The position numbers were made by a program, and so were the translations under genes. The notes beneath the pieces are model-generated. The model was not told the DNA's origin, did not search any database, and was given only the letters and a program-made list of their open reading frames with translations. A stretch of DNA of 64,000 bases, from NCBI RefSeq assembly GCF_009914755.1, contig NC_060928.1, one strand, 5' to 3'. The DNA comes from the human T2T-CHM13v2.0 reference genome, Homo sapiens. Below are positions 1 through 22,352 of this stretch, piece after piece. Every line of letters starts with the position of its first letter. The first letter of the stretch is position 1.

Positions 1-54
1 AGATCAGGTGTTTGAGACCAGCCTGACCAACATGGAGAAACCCCATCTCTACTA

Positions 55-419
<365 letters not shown>

Positions 420-479
420 TTAAATGGCTGTCTAAATTTCCATTATGTCAATCTAAAGAGGTGTTGTATTCAATAATCT

Positions 480-1960
<1,481 letters not shown>

Positions 1961-2485
1961 GTAGAAATTTGGGAGCTCCCACACTTAAAACCAATCCACG
2001 ACGCTACCTTTGATACAGATGGTAGTGGTGAAGGTGATGATTTTAAATGTATTTTGGATTTATTATTCATTCATTCATTCAGACGGGGTCTCACTCTGTC
2101 ACCCAGGCTGGAGTTGCAGTGGTGTGATCTCTGCTCACTGCAACCTCCCCCTCCTGGGTTCTCCTGCCTCAGCCTCCTGAGTAGCTGGGATTACAGGCAT
2201 GCGCCACCACTCCCAACTAATTTTTGAACTTTTAGTAGAGACGGGGTTTCGGCATGTTGCCCAGGCTGGTCTTGAACCCCTGACCTCAGGTAATCCACCT
2301 GCCTTGGCCTCTCAAAGTACTGGGATTACAGGCGTGAGCCACCGCACCCAGCTTATTTTGAATTTACAACTGGCAGGATTTGCTGAATGATGAGGTGTGA
2401 CGGAAAGAATAGGCAAAAATGACTTAGTTTTTGGCTTCAACAAGTAGAAATTGCCATTAGCTGAGATTGCAATTACTATAGATAG

Positions 2486-5150
<2,665 letters not shown>

Positions 5151-5972
5151 GTAATTACATTTTTTGCTACTGATTTCTAGTATAATTCCATGTGCACTTG
5201 AAAGTAAATTGTGTTTTGTGGCTATTGGGTTCAATGTTCTATAGATATGGAGTCAAGTTATATTTATTGCACAGATCAAATCTTCTGTGTTCTTACTGTT
5301 TCACCCCTTCCTCCTTGCCCCTTTCTTTCTTCCTCTTATGTTTCTTTCCTTTTCCCCTTCCCCTCCTTTAAAAAAAAAATTTTTTTTAAAGGAGGGGAAG
5401 CTTCTTGTGTTAATGGTTACAGAGAGGGGAGTTTCATTTGAATTTTACATACTTTTTTCAAAATTAAAAAATTAGGTTTTTTTTGAGGCTAAGTCTCACT
5501 CTGTCACCTAGGCTGGAGAGCAGTGGCTTGATCTTGGCTCACTGCAACCTCTACCTCCTGGATTCAAACAATTTTTGTTTCTCAGCCTCTGGAGTAGCTG
5601 AGATTACAGGCATGTGCCACCAAACCCAGCTAATTTTTTGTATTTTTAGTAGAGACTGGGTTTTGCCATGTTGCGTAGGCTGGTCTTGAACTCTGGCCTC
5701 AAATGATCTGCCCACCTTGGCCTCCTGAAGTTTTGGGATTACAGGCACGAGCCACCTTCCCCCACTCCACGTGCACCCCGCCCCCTCCGCCCAAAAAAAA
5801 GGAATGTTGTGTAAGTGGAATAATTCAATATAGCCTTTTAGGACTGGCTTTTTTTTAGATTTTTTTATTTTTTGAGATGGAGTGTCTCTCTGTTGCCCAG
5901 GCTGAATGGCTCGATCTCGGCTTACTGCAACCTCTGTCTCCTGGGTTCTAAGTGATTCTCCCAAGTAGCTGA

Positions 5973-6221
<249 letters not shown>

Positions 6222-6592
6222 TAATATGTTTTTATTGCTGACTAGTATTTCATGGAATGGATGTACCATAGTTTTTTTAACCATTTATCTACTGGAGGAC
6301 ATGAGTTGTTTCCAGTTTTTGGTTATTATGAATAAAGCTGCTGTAAACATTTGTTTACAGGTTTTTAGATGAATATAATTTTTCAGTCCTGATAAATGCC
6401 CAGAAGTGCAATTGCTGAGTTGTATGGTAGTTGTATATTTAGTTTCTTTAAGAAACTGCAGAATATTTTTCAGAGTGACTGTACCATTTTACATTCCCAT
6501 CAGCAACCATAAGTGATGTTGTTTCTTTGAAGTCTTGCCATCATTTGGTGTTGTACCTGTTTTTTATTTTAGTCAATTTGATAGGTAAGTAA

Positions 6593-6784
<192 letters not shown>

Positions 6785-7098
6785 TAGAAACGGGGTTTCT
6801 CCTTGTTGGTCAGGCCGGTCTCGAATTCCTGACCTCAGTTGATCTGCCCGCCTTGGCCTCCCAAAATGCTGGGATTACAGGCATGAGCCACCGCACCTGA
6901 CCTCATTAGAGTTTTAATTCGCACTTACTTAATGGTTAGTGATGTTGAACATCTTTTTATGTACTTATTTGCCACCTGTATCTCCTCTTTCGTGTAGTGT
7001 TTTTTCTCCTTTTTTGCTGATTTTCCAATTGTTTGGTTTTTATTTTTTGTTTTTTTTGTGTGTGTTTTTTTGAAACAGAGTCTCTGTCTGTCACCTAG

Positions 7099-7275
<177 letters not shown>

Positions 7276-7779
7276 TGAACTCCTGGGCTTAAGGGATTCC
7301 CCCCCTCTTCAGCCCCTGTTGGGCTCCCAAAGTGCTAGGTTTACAGGCATGAGCCACCATGCCTGGCATACTGTTGAGTTTTGATAGGTTGTTAATAGAT
7401 TTTAGATATTAGTCCTTATCCTGAATGTGGTATGTAAGTATTTTCTCATAGTCTGTAGCTTGTCTTTTCATCCTTTTAGCCAGGTCTTTCATCAAACAAA
7501 AGTTTTGATTTGATGAACTATAATTTATCAGTTTTGCCTTTTTTTTTTTTTTTTTTTGAGTCATAGTCTTGCTCTGTCACCCAGGCTGGAGTGCACTAGT
7601 GCCATCTTGGGTCACTACAGCCTCTGCCTCCTGGGTTCAAACCATTCTCTTGCCTCAGCCTCCCAAGTAGCTGGGATTACAGGCACATGCCACCACACCT
7701 GGCCAATTTTTGTATTTTTAGTAGAGACGGGGTTTCGCCATGTTGGCCAGGCTGGTCTTGAACTCTTGAGCTCAAGTGA

Positions 7780-7884
<105 letters not shown>

Positions 7885-8582
7885 TAGCCTTAGCTTCTGA
7901 AGATTTTCTCTCTCTTTTTTAGTTCCCACAAGGAGAGATTTTCCCCTTTTTTCCTGAAAATTTTATAGCTTTATGTCTTAAACATTTAAATCTGTGGTCC
8001 ATTGCGAGTTAATATTTCTGTAAATATTTCTGTAAATTTCCAAGAATACTAAAGGGTAAGCATGAGACTTAGGTCAAGGTTTATTTTTTACTGATTGATG
8101 TCCACTTGTTCCAGTATCATTTGTTGAAAAGGTGGTCTTTTCTCTATTGAATTGCTTTTGCACCATAGTCAAAAATCAGTCAGGCACACTTATGTTGCTG
8201 GGTTTTCTCTCTTGTTCCCAGATCTATAATCTGTTATCAGGTCTGTATTTCTGTCCCTCCACTGATGCTACATAGTTTTGATTAGTGTAGCCATACAGAA
8301 ACCCTTGAAATCAGGTTGCGATTCCTCCTGCTTTGTTCTTTTTCAAAGCTATTTTACCTATTTTAGTTCCTTTGTCTTATCAATTTTAGAATAATTTTAT
8401 CTATATCTATAAAAAAATCTTGCTTGGGTTCTGGTAGGCATTTTCTTAAACGTGTATATCAATTTGGGGAAGAATTGACATATTTACTGTGTTGTCTTCC
8501 CATCTTTGAACATTTCTTTCACAGTTTTCAGCATATTAAGTTTTGTACTTGTTTTCTTAGATTTATACCTATGTGCTGAAAT

Positions 8583-9100
<518 letters not shown>

Positions 9101-10082
9101 TTTCTCTGTTTTTTTTTTTTTTTGCAATTGTGAAGGGTACTGTTTCTTTAATTTCAGTGTCCATGTGTTTTTTGCTAGTATGTATAAATACAGTTTCTTT
9201 TATATGTTTATCTTGTATCTTGCACCCTTGTTAAACTCACTTTCTTGTTGGAGATTTTATAGATTATTTGGGATTTTCTGTAATACATAGATAACCATGT
9301 TATCTGCAAATAGGGACACTTTTATTTCTTCTTCCCTAATCTATATGCGTTTTATTTTCTTTTTTTCTCTTATTTCATGAGCTAGAACTTCCAGCATTAT
9401 TTTGAATAAAATTGGTGAGAGTAGATATCTTGCCTTTTTCCTGATGTTAGGAGGAAAGCGTTTAGTATTTCATTACAAATACAATGTCAGCTGTAGGTTT
9501 TTGTAGGTGCTTTTATCAGGTTGAGAATATTTTTGTTCCTGTTTTTCTGGTAGTTACCATGAATGGTGTTGAATTTTGTCATTATTTTCTGCATTGATTG
9601 ATACAATTCTTTCACGCATTAAAATGGTGGATTATACTGATTTTTGAATATGGAACTAGCCTTGCCTTCCTGGAATAAACCCCATTTCATTATAGTATAC
9701 AATCCTTTTTTTTTTTTTTTTTTTTTTTGAGACAGGGTCTTACTGTTACCCAGGCTGGAGCATAGTGGTGTGATCATGGCTCACTGAAGCCTCGACCACC
9801 TGGGCCTAAGTGATCCTTTCACCTCACCCTGCCCACCAGTACCTGGGACCACAGGTACGTACCACTATGCTTGGCTAATTTTAAATTTTTTTGTAGAGTT
9901 GAGGTCTCACTGTGTTGCCCAGGCTGGTCCTGAACTCCTGGGCTCAAGCGATCCTCCCAACTCAGCCTCCTAAAGTTCTGGGATTATAAGTGTGAACTAC
10001 TATGCCCCGCCAAAATTCAACAATATATAAAAACAGTTATATCCACTGCACTCCAGCCTGGGTGATAGAGCAAGACCTTGTG

Positions 10083-10148
<66 letters not shown>

Positions 10149-10658
10149 CTGAATTTTATTTGCTAGTATTTTGTTAAGGATTTTTGTGTCTGTAGTCATG
10201 AGGAGTATTGGTCTGTAGTTTTTTTGTACTGGCTTTGTCTGCTTTTGGTATCAGGATAATACTAGCATCATAAAATGGATTGGAAGTGCTTTCTTATTTT
10301 CTGGAAGAGATTATGTAGGATTAGTATTATTTTTTCCTAAAAATGTTTGTTAGAATTTTCCATTGAAGCTATTTGGCCCTGGAAATTTTTTTTTTTGAGT
10401 TTTAAAATTATGAATTAAATTTCTTTATAAATTATAGTGATTTTATCTTTGTCTTATTGGATGAGTTTTGATTCTTTGTGGTTTTTGAGACATTGGTCCA
10501 TTTCATATAAATTGTCAAACTTTTGTGTGTTCATAGTTTACTTTATTAGCCTTTTGATATCTGCAAGGTCTATAGTAATATCCCTTTTTCATTCCTGATG
10601 TTGGTAATTTCTGTCTTCTTTTTTCTTTGTCAGTCTTGCTAGTCTTTCAGTTTTATAG

Positions 10659-13494
<2,836 letters not shown>

Positions 13495-13699
13495 TGATGG
13501 CCTGATCCTTTATCATTACACAGTGCCTTTCTTTGTCTGTGATAATTTTCTTTGCTCTGAATTCTGCTTATGTCTGATATTAATATATAAATGTACTTTT
13601 ATTTAATTGTAATTAATTTAAATTTAAATAGGAACATATGGCTGGTGGCTGCCATATTGACAATGCAGTTCTGGAAGGTGGAGAGAGCTATGATACAAA

Positions 13700-15050
13700 T
13701 TTAATTAAAAGGTAAATTTTATAACACAATAGAAGATGATAAGGGCAATGGATAGTTAGCAGGAAAGGGGAGATTGGGGCAGAGGGAGCAGGGTATATGA
13801 TTTTCAGTTGGATAATCAATAGAGAAATCATTGAATGTGACACTTGAACAAAAATTTGAAGGAGTACAGGAGTTAGCCGTGCAGATATCTTGAGGAAGAG
13901 TATATCAAGGGCTAGCAGAGAGATACGTCATTGTAAGAACTTTAGTTTTTTCTCTGAGTGATATGGAGAACATATAGGGGTTTAGATCAGACCCTTTTTA
14001 CATCGTATAAAGCTCAGTCTGGCTGGTATATTGAAAATAGACTATAGGGGGACAAAGTTGCAAACAGGGAGAACAGGTAGGAGGTTGGAATATGGTTGAA
14101 AGATGACAGGTGTCAGACCCAATGATTAGAGCAGATTTTGGGAAATATATTAGACATTTAGTTTTGGATATGTTAAGTTTGAAATGTTTATTAGATATAT
14201 TCAAGCAGAGAAAACAAGTAGACTGCCTGTAGTTCTATTCCAGGTATGAGTCCCTGCCCTTGTGGAGCTTACACTTTATTGGAATATGGGTGGTAAATAC
14301 AATACGTATGTAAAACATATGCTATGTAAGAAAACAATAAGTCCTATGGAGAAAATTCAAGTAGGAAAGTGGGATAAATGGTGTTGGGGCTCTGAGGTCC
14401 TGAGAAGGTAACATTTGAATAATGATAAGAAGGTGATAAGGAGATACTTGGAGAAAAGTGGTTCAGTAGAGGGAACCAAGGTGTAAAGGTTCCCAGGGGA
14501 GAACATTGCTGGTGTGTTTGAAGAAGAGTGAGGAGACTTAAGTGTGGCTAAGGGAAAGGACAGTACAGAGGTAACCAGTGTCCAGGTTATGGGCCATTTT
14601 AAGGGCTCTGGCTTTTGTCCTGAGTTAGGGAGCTAGTGGATAGTTTAGTAGAAGAAAGGCATGATCCACCATGTGGTTTAATTGAGTCACGCTGGCTTTG
14701 GTGCTAAATAGACTGAAGCGGCAAGGGTGGAAACCAAGAGATAGGAGACTTATAGTAATTCAGGCAAGAGGCTGTGGTAGCTAAGTCTAGGGTGGTGGCA
14801 GTGAGGAATGATAGTATTCTGGATATGTTTTGAGAGTCGCACTGACAAAATTGGCTTACCAGTTGGATGTGGGATGAGAGGAGTCAAGGATTATTCCAAG
14901 ATTTTGGCCCAAGTCATTGGAAGGATATAGTTGCACTGAGATGGGAAAGACTGGGAAAAGCAGGTTTGAAGGGGGTGATGAGGAGCTGTTTTGGACATGT
15001 TAAATTTATAATGCCTATTGGACATCTGAGTATAGGTGTTCAGTACGCAT
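13700..15050 (-). mobile_element. L2 fragments
   Basis: Purine-rich degenerate L2 motifs (gttttggatatgttaagtttgaaatg; gttttggacatgttaaatttataatgcctattggacatc). Confidence 0.6.
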
Positions 15051-15327
15051 TCTAATTATATTTATGAAGACTTTCGTGTTTTTAAAAATGAAAAAATGTA
15101 TTGAAATAGTGTATTCATTGTTCTGAAATACATATTGTTAACATCTTAATTTTTAACATGTTCAATCCTGGCAAAACCTGCATATTTTGAAGAGAGAGAA
15201 ATTGACTACTTTTTAGCTCTGCTGTTAGAGTTGGTGGTACTTTCTTAGAGCTAAATAAAGATGTCATTCCGATTTTAGAAATGGAAATATATATAGTCTG
15301 AGTGTTTTTAATTGCTTTCTATTTTAG

Positions 15328-15441
15328 GTCTTTTTACTGCTGGATTGTGCAAGATATTTAACCCTATTTTGTTTGAATTATGACTTAAATGTCAAACATC
15401 TTAACTAAGAAAAGGGAAACATTTTAGTTTTGGAAGTCAGA
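15328..15441 (+). other. N4BP2: 5' UTR portion of the first coding exon
   Basis: Acceptor ttgctttctattttAG at 15326-15327, 114 nt upstream of ATG 15442. Confidence 0.8.
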
Positions 15442-15670
15442 ATGCCAAGGAGAAGGAAAAATCTTGGGGGAAATCCTTTTCGGAAGACTGCAAACCCTAA
15501 GGAAGTTGTCGTATCCAGTGTTGCTAGTCGTGAGGAGCCAACCACTACTCTACCTTCCATGGGTGAGACAAAAGTTGATCAGGAAGAACTCTTCACCAGT
15601 ATCTCAGAGATATTTTCTGATCTGGATCCTGATGTAGTGTATTTGATGCTTTCTGAATGTGATTTCAAAG
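15442..15670 (+). CDS. N4BP2: N4BP2 coding exon 1 (start; N-terminal half of CUE domain)
   Basis: ATG at 15442 with A at -3; MPRRRK...QEELFTSISEIFSDLDPDVVYLMLSECDFK; donor AAG|GTGAGA; 229 nt, phase 1. Confidence 0.95.
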
Positions 15671-15944
15671 GTGAGAAAAAGTTTAGTTTGAACCCTGTCC
15701 ATCTTATAAGAAGACTTTGTGTACTATGCCATGATTAATAGTAATATAGAAAAATGTCTTGTTTCTATTTTATTCATAATTTATTAATCATCTGCTGTTG
15801 GCAAGTTACTAAGGTTGGTATTTGAGTTGGTATTTGGGATATGAAGAATAAAACATATTTTCTGCTCTTGAGAAATGTGCAGTTCTAGGTGTAAGGTATT
15901 TGTATAGATAGCATATTCTGTCTCTTTCATCTTCACTCTAGAAC

Positions 15945-16146
15945 AGACTGGCACTGTTGACACTTCAGGCTACATAATCCTTTATTTTGAGTGGCTCTCC
16001 TATGCATTGTAGGTTTAGCAGCGTCCCTGGCCTGTACACGCTAGATGCCAATAGCTCCTTACCACCCAGTTGTGACAATAAAAAATGTCTCCATGTATTG
16101 TCATTTGTCCCCTGGGAGGCAAAATTGTACCTCGTTGAGAACCACT
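15945..16146 (-). mobile_element. MER20 (hAT-Charlie) relic, followed by an L2 3' end and a MIR
   Basis: gtcccctgggaggcaaaattg...gttgagaaccact and ctagatgcca...gttgtgacaa...aaaatgtctcca match MER20 in reverse. Confidence 0.75.
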
Positions 16147-17349
16147 CTCCTAGAATGTAAGCTCCATAAAGACAGAGTTTTTAAAAACTTTGTTTTACTC
16201 CTGTATCTTCAGCCCGTAACATAGCAACTGACTCATAATAGGAGCTAAGTAAATATCTATTAAGCAACTAGGTAATTATAATTATGCAAATAAGAGCTGA
16301 TTAAGAGTTGAGGCTAGCAGAATAGTATAATTTCAAAACATTGACTTTGGAGTCAAGAAACGTGGGTTGGATTTCCAGCTCTGCCACTTAATCTCCCTGA
16401 GTCTCAGTTTTCTAATCTGTTAGGTAGAAATATAACAGTATGTGCTTCATAGGACTTTTTTTTGGTGAGGATTGAGTTTTAGTTTTTTGTTTTTGGTAAA
16501 GTCTTCAGTATGGTAGGTTATTAATAACTTGTCATACATTGTTTAGAAGTATGTAGACAGAAGGGAGTTTATATAAGTTGGCTAGATGAGTAAATTAAAT
16601 GTTGATGCTTAGTATTGTTACTAGCCATGATTAGTATAAGGTAAAATTATTCTGGATTTGGGAAGTTTTGGTAATGTGTTATAAACTTCCAGTTTCAGTC
16701 ATCGTGTGGTCTGCGAGCATATCTTGTCCAGTTATGCATGTAGAAAACCAGTTGTCAGCAGTGCATGATGCTCAGAAATGACAGTATATTGAGTTTTGTA
16801 AGTTACTTTGACATTTCCTAATTTTGATATGTTTAAAATGTAATTGTTGCATATAAACTAATACAGCAATGAGGAATTACAAGAAATCCACATCATCCTA
16901 TACCATAACAAAAAAACTTTTTTGTTTTCCAGAATCTTCTATAGACCTTGTTCATAAGCATTTGAGATTTGAGTGGTGGAATTTTGTTATTATGCGTTTT
17001 TAACTTAACATAAGCATTTGTCTATGTTGCTGTAATCTGTATTTTTAATGGGTTTCTAATCTACTGAGTTGTGCTGTAGTTTATTTAATTATATCTACGT
17101 TTTTCGTGAATAATTAATATTGCAGAGAACATCTTGGTAAAAATATTTTTTTCTTTCTTTTGGCTTTTTTTTCTTAGTTCCAAAATCTTATTTTCTTGCG
17201 TCACAGGGTAAGAACTGCTTTGGCTCTTGGAAGCATACTGCTGAATTGCCTACCAATGAGGTGTGCTGACTTGTAATTCCACCAGGCTTGCATAAGTGTA
17301 GTGGTTTCACTTCAGCCTTTTCAACATTGTGTGGTAGTGTTTTAAGATT

Positions 17350-17650
17350 TTTTGTTTTTTGAGACGGAGTTTCGCTCTTGCTGCCCAGGCCGGAGTGCAG
17401 TGGCGCCATCTTGGCTCATGGCAACCTCAGCCTCCCGAGTTAAAGTGATTCTCCTGCCTCAGGCTCTGAAGTAGCTGGGATTACAGGCGTCCGCCACTGT
17501 GCCTGGCTAATTTTTTTTTTTGTATTTTTAGTAGAGAATGGGGTTTCATCATGTTGGCCAGGCTGGTCTCGAACTCCTGACCTCAGGTGATCCACACGCC
17601 TCAGCCTCCCAAAATGCTAGGATTACAGGCGTGAGCCACTGCACCCGGCC
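17350..17650 (-). mobile_element. AluS with TSD
   Basis: TSD TGTTTTAAGATTTT on both sides. Confidence 0.88.
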
Positions 17651-18149
17651 CATGTTTTAAGATTTTAATAGGAATAAAATTGCATTTTTCCTAATTTGTG
17701 TTTTTTTAATAAAGAGGAATGTTGAACATTTTTGTACATGTTTGTTTATTCTTGTATTCTTGTGTAAATTGTTCATTCATTGAAAAAAAATTTTTTTATA
17801 CCATGGTTTTAATTTTTCCCAGCAATCTGTATAAGGACTTTTTTTAATGTGATAAGTACCTATCCATTTTGATCTTTAATTTACTTAGTGTAATTTTTCA
17901 TTGTATAGACATTAAGTTTTTAGTTGATCTTTTCTGGTTTTACTGTCATGTAGATTTTTTTCATAGAAATACTCCTTACGTTTGCTTTCTTTTTTTTCCC
18001 CCGTCCCTGCCCACCCCCGCCACCTTTTTTTTTCTTCCATTTTTAGGTTTTCTGTCCTTTGTAGTATTGCTATGATCTCCTAATTGGTCTCTGCCAGGCT
18101 TGCCCCCTCCAATCCCTCTTTGTTTTTCTTCTTAAGGGAACTTAATTGG

Positions 18150-18350
18150 GTGCTTACTAGGTGCCAGTTCTTGTGCACAGCACTTTTTCATGGATTATCT
18201 CATTTAATCCTCACAGCAACCTATGAGGTAGGTGCTTTTATTATCCCCATATTACAAATGAGAAAATCGAGGTTTAGGAAAGTTAACTTGTTGAAAGTGT
18301 CATAGCCAGCAGTAGAGATTTAAATGTTGGTGTTCTGACTCCAGACCAGA
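18150..18350 (-). mobile_element. MIR
   Basis: tctcatttaatcctcacagcaacctatgaggtagg...attatccccatattacaaatgagaaaatcgagg is the MIR core in reverse. Confidence 0.8.
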
Positions 18351-19050
18351 GCTGTTACCTACTCTGCTGTGCTGTTTCCAGACTTATCTTTCTTAAAACA
18401 GCAAGACAAAACACAAAATAAACAACCCCTCCCTCCAAACTTCAGATGCTTAAAAATTCTTATTTTGTTTTTTTTTTTGGTTTCCTTTTTTTTTTGAGAT
18501 AGGGCCTCACTCAGTCGCCCAGGCTGGAGCGCAGTAATCACTTTCACTAGAGGCTCACTGTAGCCTCGACCTCATGGGCTGAAGTGATTCTCCTACCTCA
18601 GCCTCCTATGTGGCTGGTACTATACGCACATGCTACCACACTGGTTAATTTTTGTAGAGACAGGGTTTTTCCATGTTGCCCAGGCTGGTCTCGAACTCCT
18701 GGGCTCAAGCGATCTACCTGCCTCAGCCTCCCAAAATGTTAGGATTATAGGCATGAGCTGCCACACCTGGCCTTAAAATTTCTAATGGCTCCCTATTTGT
18801 GTTATAACAGAACGAGCTCAGCATTGGAGTCAGATATACCAGTCCTGGCTCTGTCACTGACTATCTGTGTGACTTGGGTCAAGTTAATGTACTTTTTAAC
18901 TTCATTTCTTCATCTGTTTGCTAGGAATAATATACCTCATGGTAGTATTTGAGGATTCAGTGAGGTGATGTGTATAAAACTTCTAGCTCAAATGCTATGA
19001 CTGGTAGTTTCCTTCAAGTTCCCTTCGAAAATAAAATTAATATTTCTTAA

Positions 19051-19556
<506 letters not shown>

Positions 19557-20175
19557 AAAAGTGTGCATTATTTAATCTGTATTATATTACAGTGTAATTG
19601 TCTCTAATATAATTGTTTTAAATCTCTATTAGATTGCAAAGTTCTTTGAGCATATTAAAGATTTTTTTTTACAAAATATTTCTGATATGCAGTACATGCT
19701 CAAATATTCTTTGTAGTAAGTGAAATTCATAGCGTGGATCATGTAAATAAGTTAGATTTACTAAGAGAATACATAAAATACTTAATATTTAAAAGTTTGC
19801 ATGCAATAGGTAAGTATTTGTTAAACAACAGGCTTTAGGACTTTTATAAATAAGCCTAATATGTCCAATTACAGATATTTATGTATTTACTCAATTCAGC
19901 AAATAATATTTATTTGATGATAGTTTATTAGCTTGGTTTATTACTGTTTTCCTGAAAGAATAGGATTGCATGTCTCCATCATTCAGACTTTTTGCTACTA
20001 CAGACTTTGGTATGTTAATAAAATATTAATTTTTTAAAAATAACATGAATATTGTACATTTATATTCTGTTCAATGCAAAATCCAATATAATTTTAGCTG
20101 GATTTTAATAAAATTATTAAATCTGTTTTCTCTGTCTATATTTTTGTTGTTGTTATTATTCTTGTTGTTGTACAG

Positions 20176-21319
20176 TTGAAAATGCTATGGATTGTCTATT
20201 AGAATTATCTGCCACTGATACCAAGATAGAAGAATCATCTTCACAAAGTTTCGTTGCTTCTGAGAACCAAGTAGGTGCAGCAGAAAGTAAAATAATGGAA
20301 AAACGTCCTGAAGAAGAGAGTGAAGATTCAAAAATGGATTCATTTTTGGACATGCAGCTAACTGAAGACCTGGATTCCTTAATACAGAATGCTTTTGAGA
20401 AATTGAACTCTTCTCCTGATGACCAAGTATACTCATTTTTGCCTTCACAAGATGTTAATAGTTTTAATGACTCAAGTGAGTTTATAAATCCTGATTCAAG
20501 TAATATGACTCCCATTTTTTCTACACAAAATATGAATTTGAACGGTGAAAATTTAGAGAATTCTGGTTCTACTTTAAGTTTAAACCCATTACCTTCACAT
20601 TCAGTTTTGAACGAGTCCAAGTGTTTTATAAAGGATAACACATTGGCTTTGGAAAGTAACTACCCGGAAGATTCTCTTCTCAGTAGTTCTTTAAATGTAG
20701 CAAGTGACTCCATCGCAGGTTGTAGCAGTCTCAATCAAAAACAGAAAGAACTTTTAGAATCTGAGTGCGTTGAGGCTCAATTCTCTGAAGCTCCTGTAGA
20801 TTTGGATGCCAGTGAACCTCAGGCTTGTTTAAACCTTCCAGGGCTTGATTTACCAGGTACAGGTGGGGATCAGAAATCTACTCGGGTCTCTGATGTGTTT
20901 CTACCTTCCGAAGGGTTCAACTTCAAGCCACACAAACATCCTGAACTGCCAACTAAGGGGAAGGATGTGAGTTACTGCCCGGTACTTGCTCCTCTCCCAT
21001 TGCTGTTGCCTCCTCCGCCACCTCCACCGATGTGGAATCCAATGATTCCTGCTTTTGACCTCTTCCAAGGAAACCATGGCTTTGTAGCTCCTGTTGTAAC
21101 CACAGCTGCACACTGGAGATCTGTCAACTACACATTTCCACCCTCAGTTATTTCTCACACTTCCCCAACAAAAGTATGGAGAAATAAAGATGGAACAAGT
21201 GCTTATCAAGTACAAGAAACCCCAGTTTCTCAGGTTGTAAGAAAGAAGACATCTTACGTTGGACTAGTTCTTGTTCTTCTCAGAGGTCTTCCGGGATCTG
21301 GAAAATCTTTTTTGGCAAG
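20176..21319 (+). CDS. N4BP2: N4BP2 coding exon 2 (end of CUE, Ser/acidic region, poly-Pro, Walker A)
   Basis: tgtacAG|TTGAAAATGCT completes V-E-N-A-M; overlaps ORF 20187-21332; ends LRGLPGSGKSFLAR with donor AAG|GTATGA; 1144 nt. Confidence 0.96.
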
Positions 21320-22063
21320 GTATGAGGTTTGATTGGGTTTTTAAAAAATAGTATAATGTCTGAATTTGAACACAAGTATGAATAAATAGGCAAAATGCTT
21401 TGCTTAGTAGAGATCTTTAGTAACCCCTAAAATGTTTTCTTTTTACTAAGGTTTCCTAACTTTGTGTAGCTAATAACACTGTTTTCTGTGGAAGTTTATT
21501 GAAACCGTTCATCTTGGAATATCTCTTTGAAAGACAGAAGAAAAAATTAAAGACAATTTCAAAATTGTGAGCTATTGATGTAGTAGTAGAAGAGAGCTAA
21601 TTTGAGTGGGAGAAAGATGAGTTCAGCTTTGATCACAGAGTTAAAGAGATATAATTGATCTTGATTTCATGGAATGGAAGACTTAAATACATTAATTTTA
21701 CTGGTAGTTGGAAATTCAGGATTATAGAGTGTTGTTAAATAATGCTTTTAGAAATGTGTGATTTGAAGGAAGAGAGTATAGGATGACAACTGGTAGTCAG
21801 AGAACTTCAAGTTTTCAGGGACTTTTCTGTTCCAAAATAGAGTACCATCAGTTATTTGATCTCATATATACACCTTTATCCCTTCTGTAGTTAAGGTAGG
21901 CTGTGAGTGCCTTAATCTGGGAGACAGGAGTCAGTGTTAGAGGCAGCTTTGTAATGGTTTCAGTGGCACTCCTTGAAGAGTATTGTTTTCATAGTCCCTC
22001 TCTATCCCTGCTTAACCTTTAAATTCCAGAAGATTTCACCTAATCTATTTTATATGCTAGTTC

Positions 22064-22352
22064 TTTTTTTTTTGAGACGGAGTCTTGCTCTGTTGCCCAG
22101 GCTGGAGTGCAGTGGCGCGATCTCGGCTCACTGCAAGCTCCGCCTCCCAGGTTCATGCCATTCCTGCCTCAGCCTCCCGAGCAGCTGGGACTACAGGCGC
22201 CCACCACCACGCCCAGCTACTTTTTTGTATTTTTAGTAGAGACGGGGTTTCACCGTGTTAGCCAGGATGGTCTCGATTTCCTGACCTCGTGATCCACCCG
22301 CCCCGGCCTCCCAAAGTGCTGGGATTACAGGCGTGAGCCACCGCGCCTGGCT
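22064..22352 (-). mobile_element. AluY with TSD
   Basis: AluY diagnostics; TSD TGCTAGTTCTTT. Confidence 0.88.

Noticed and set aside
15430-15441. N-terminal extension MEVR from a TTG start in the ORF track
   Set aside because: Non-AUG artefact of the ORF caller; the AUG at 15442 has A at -3 and matches the known N-terminus.
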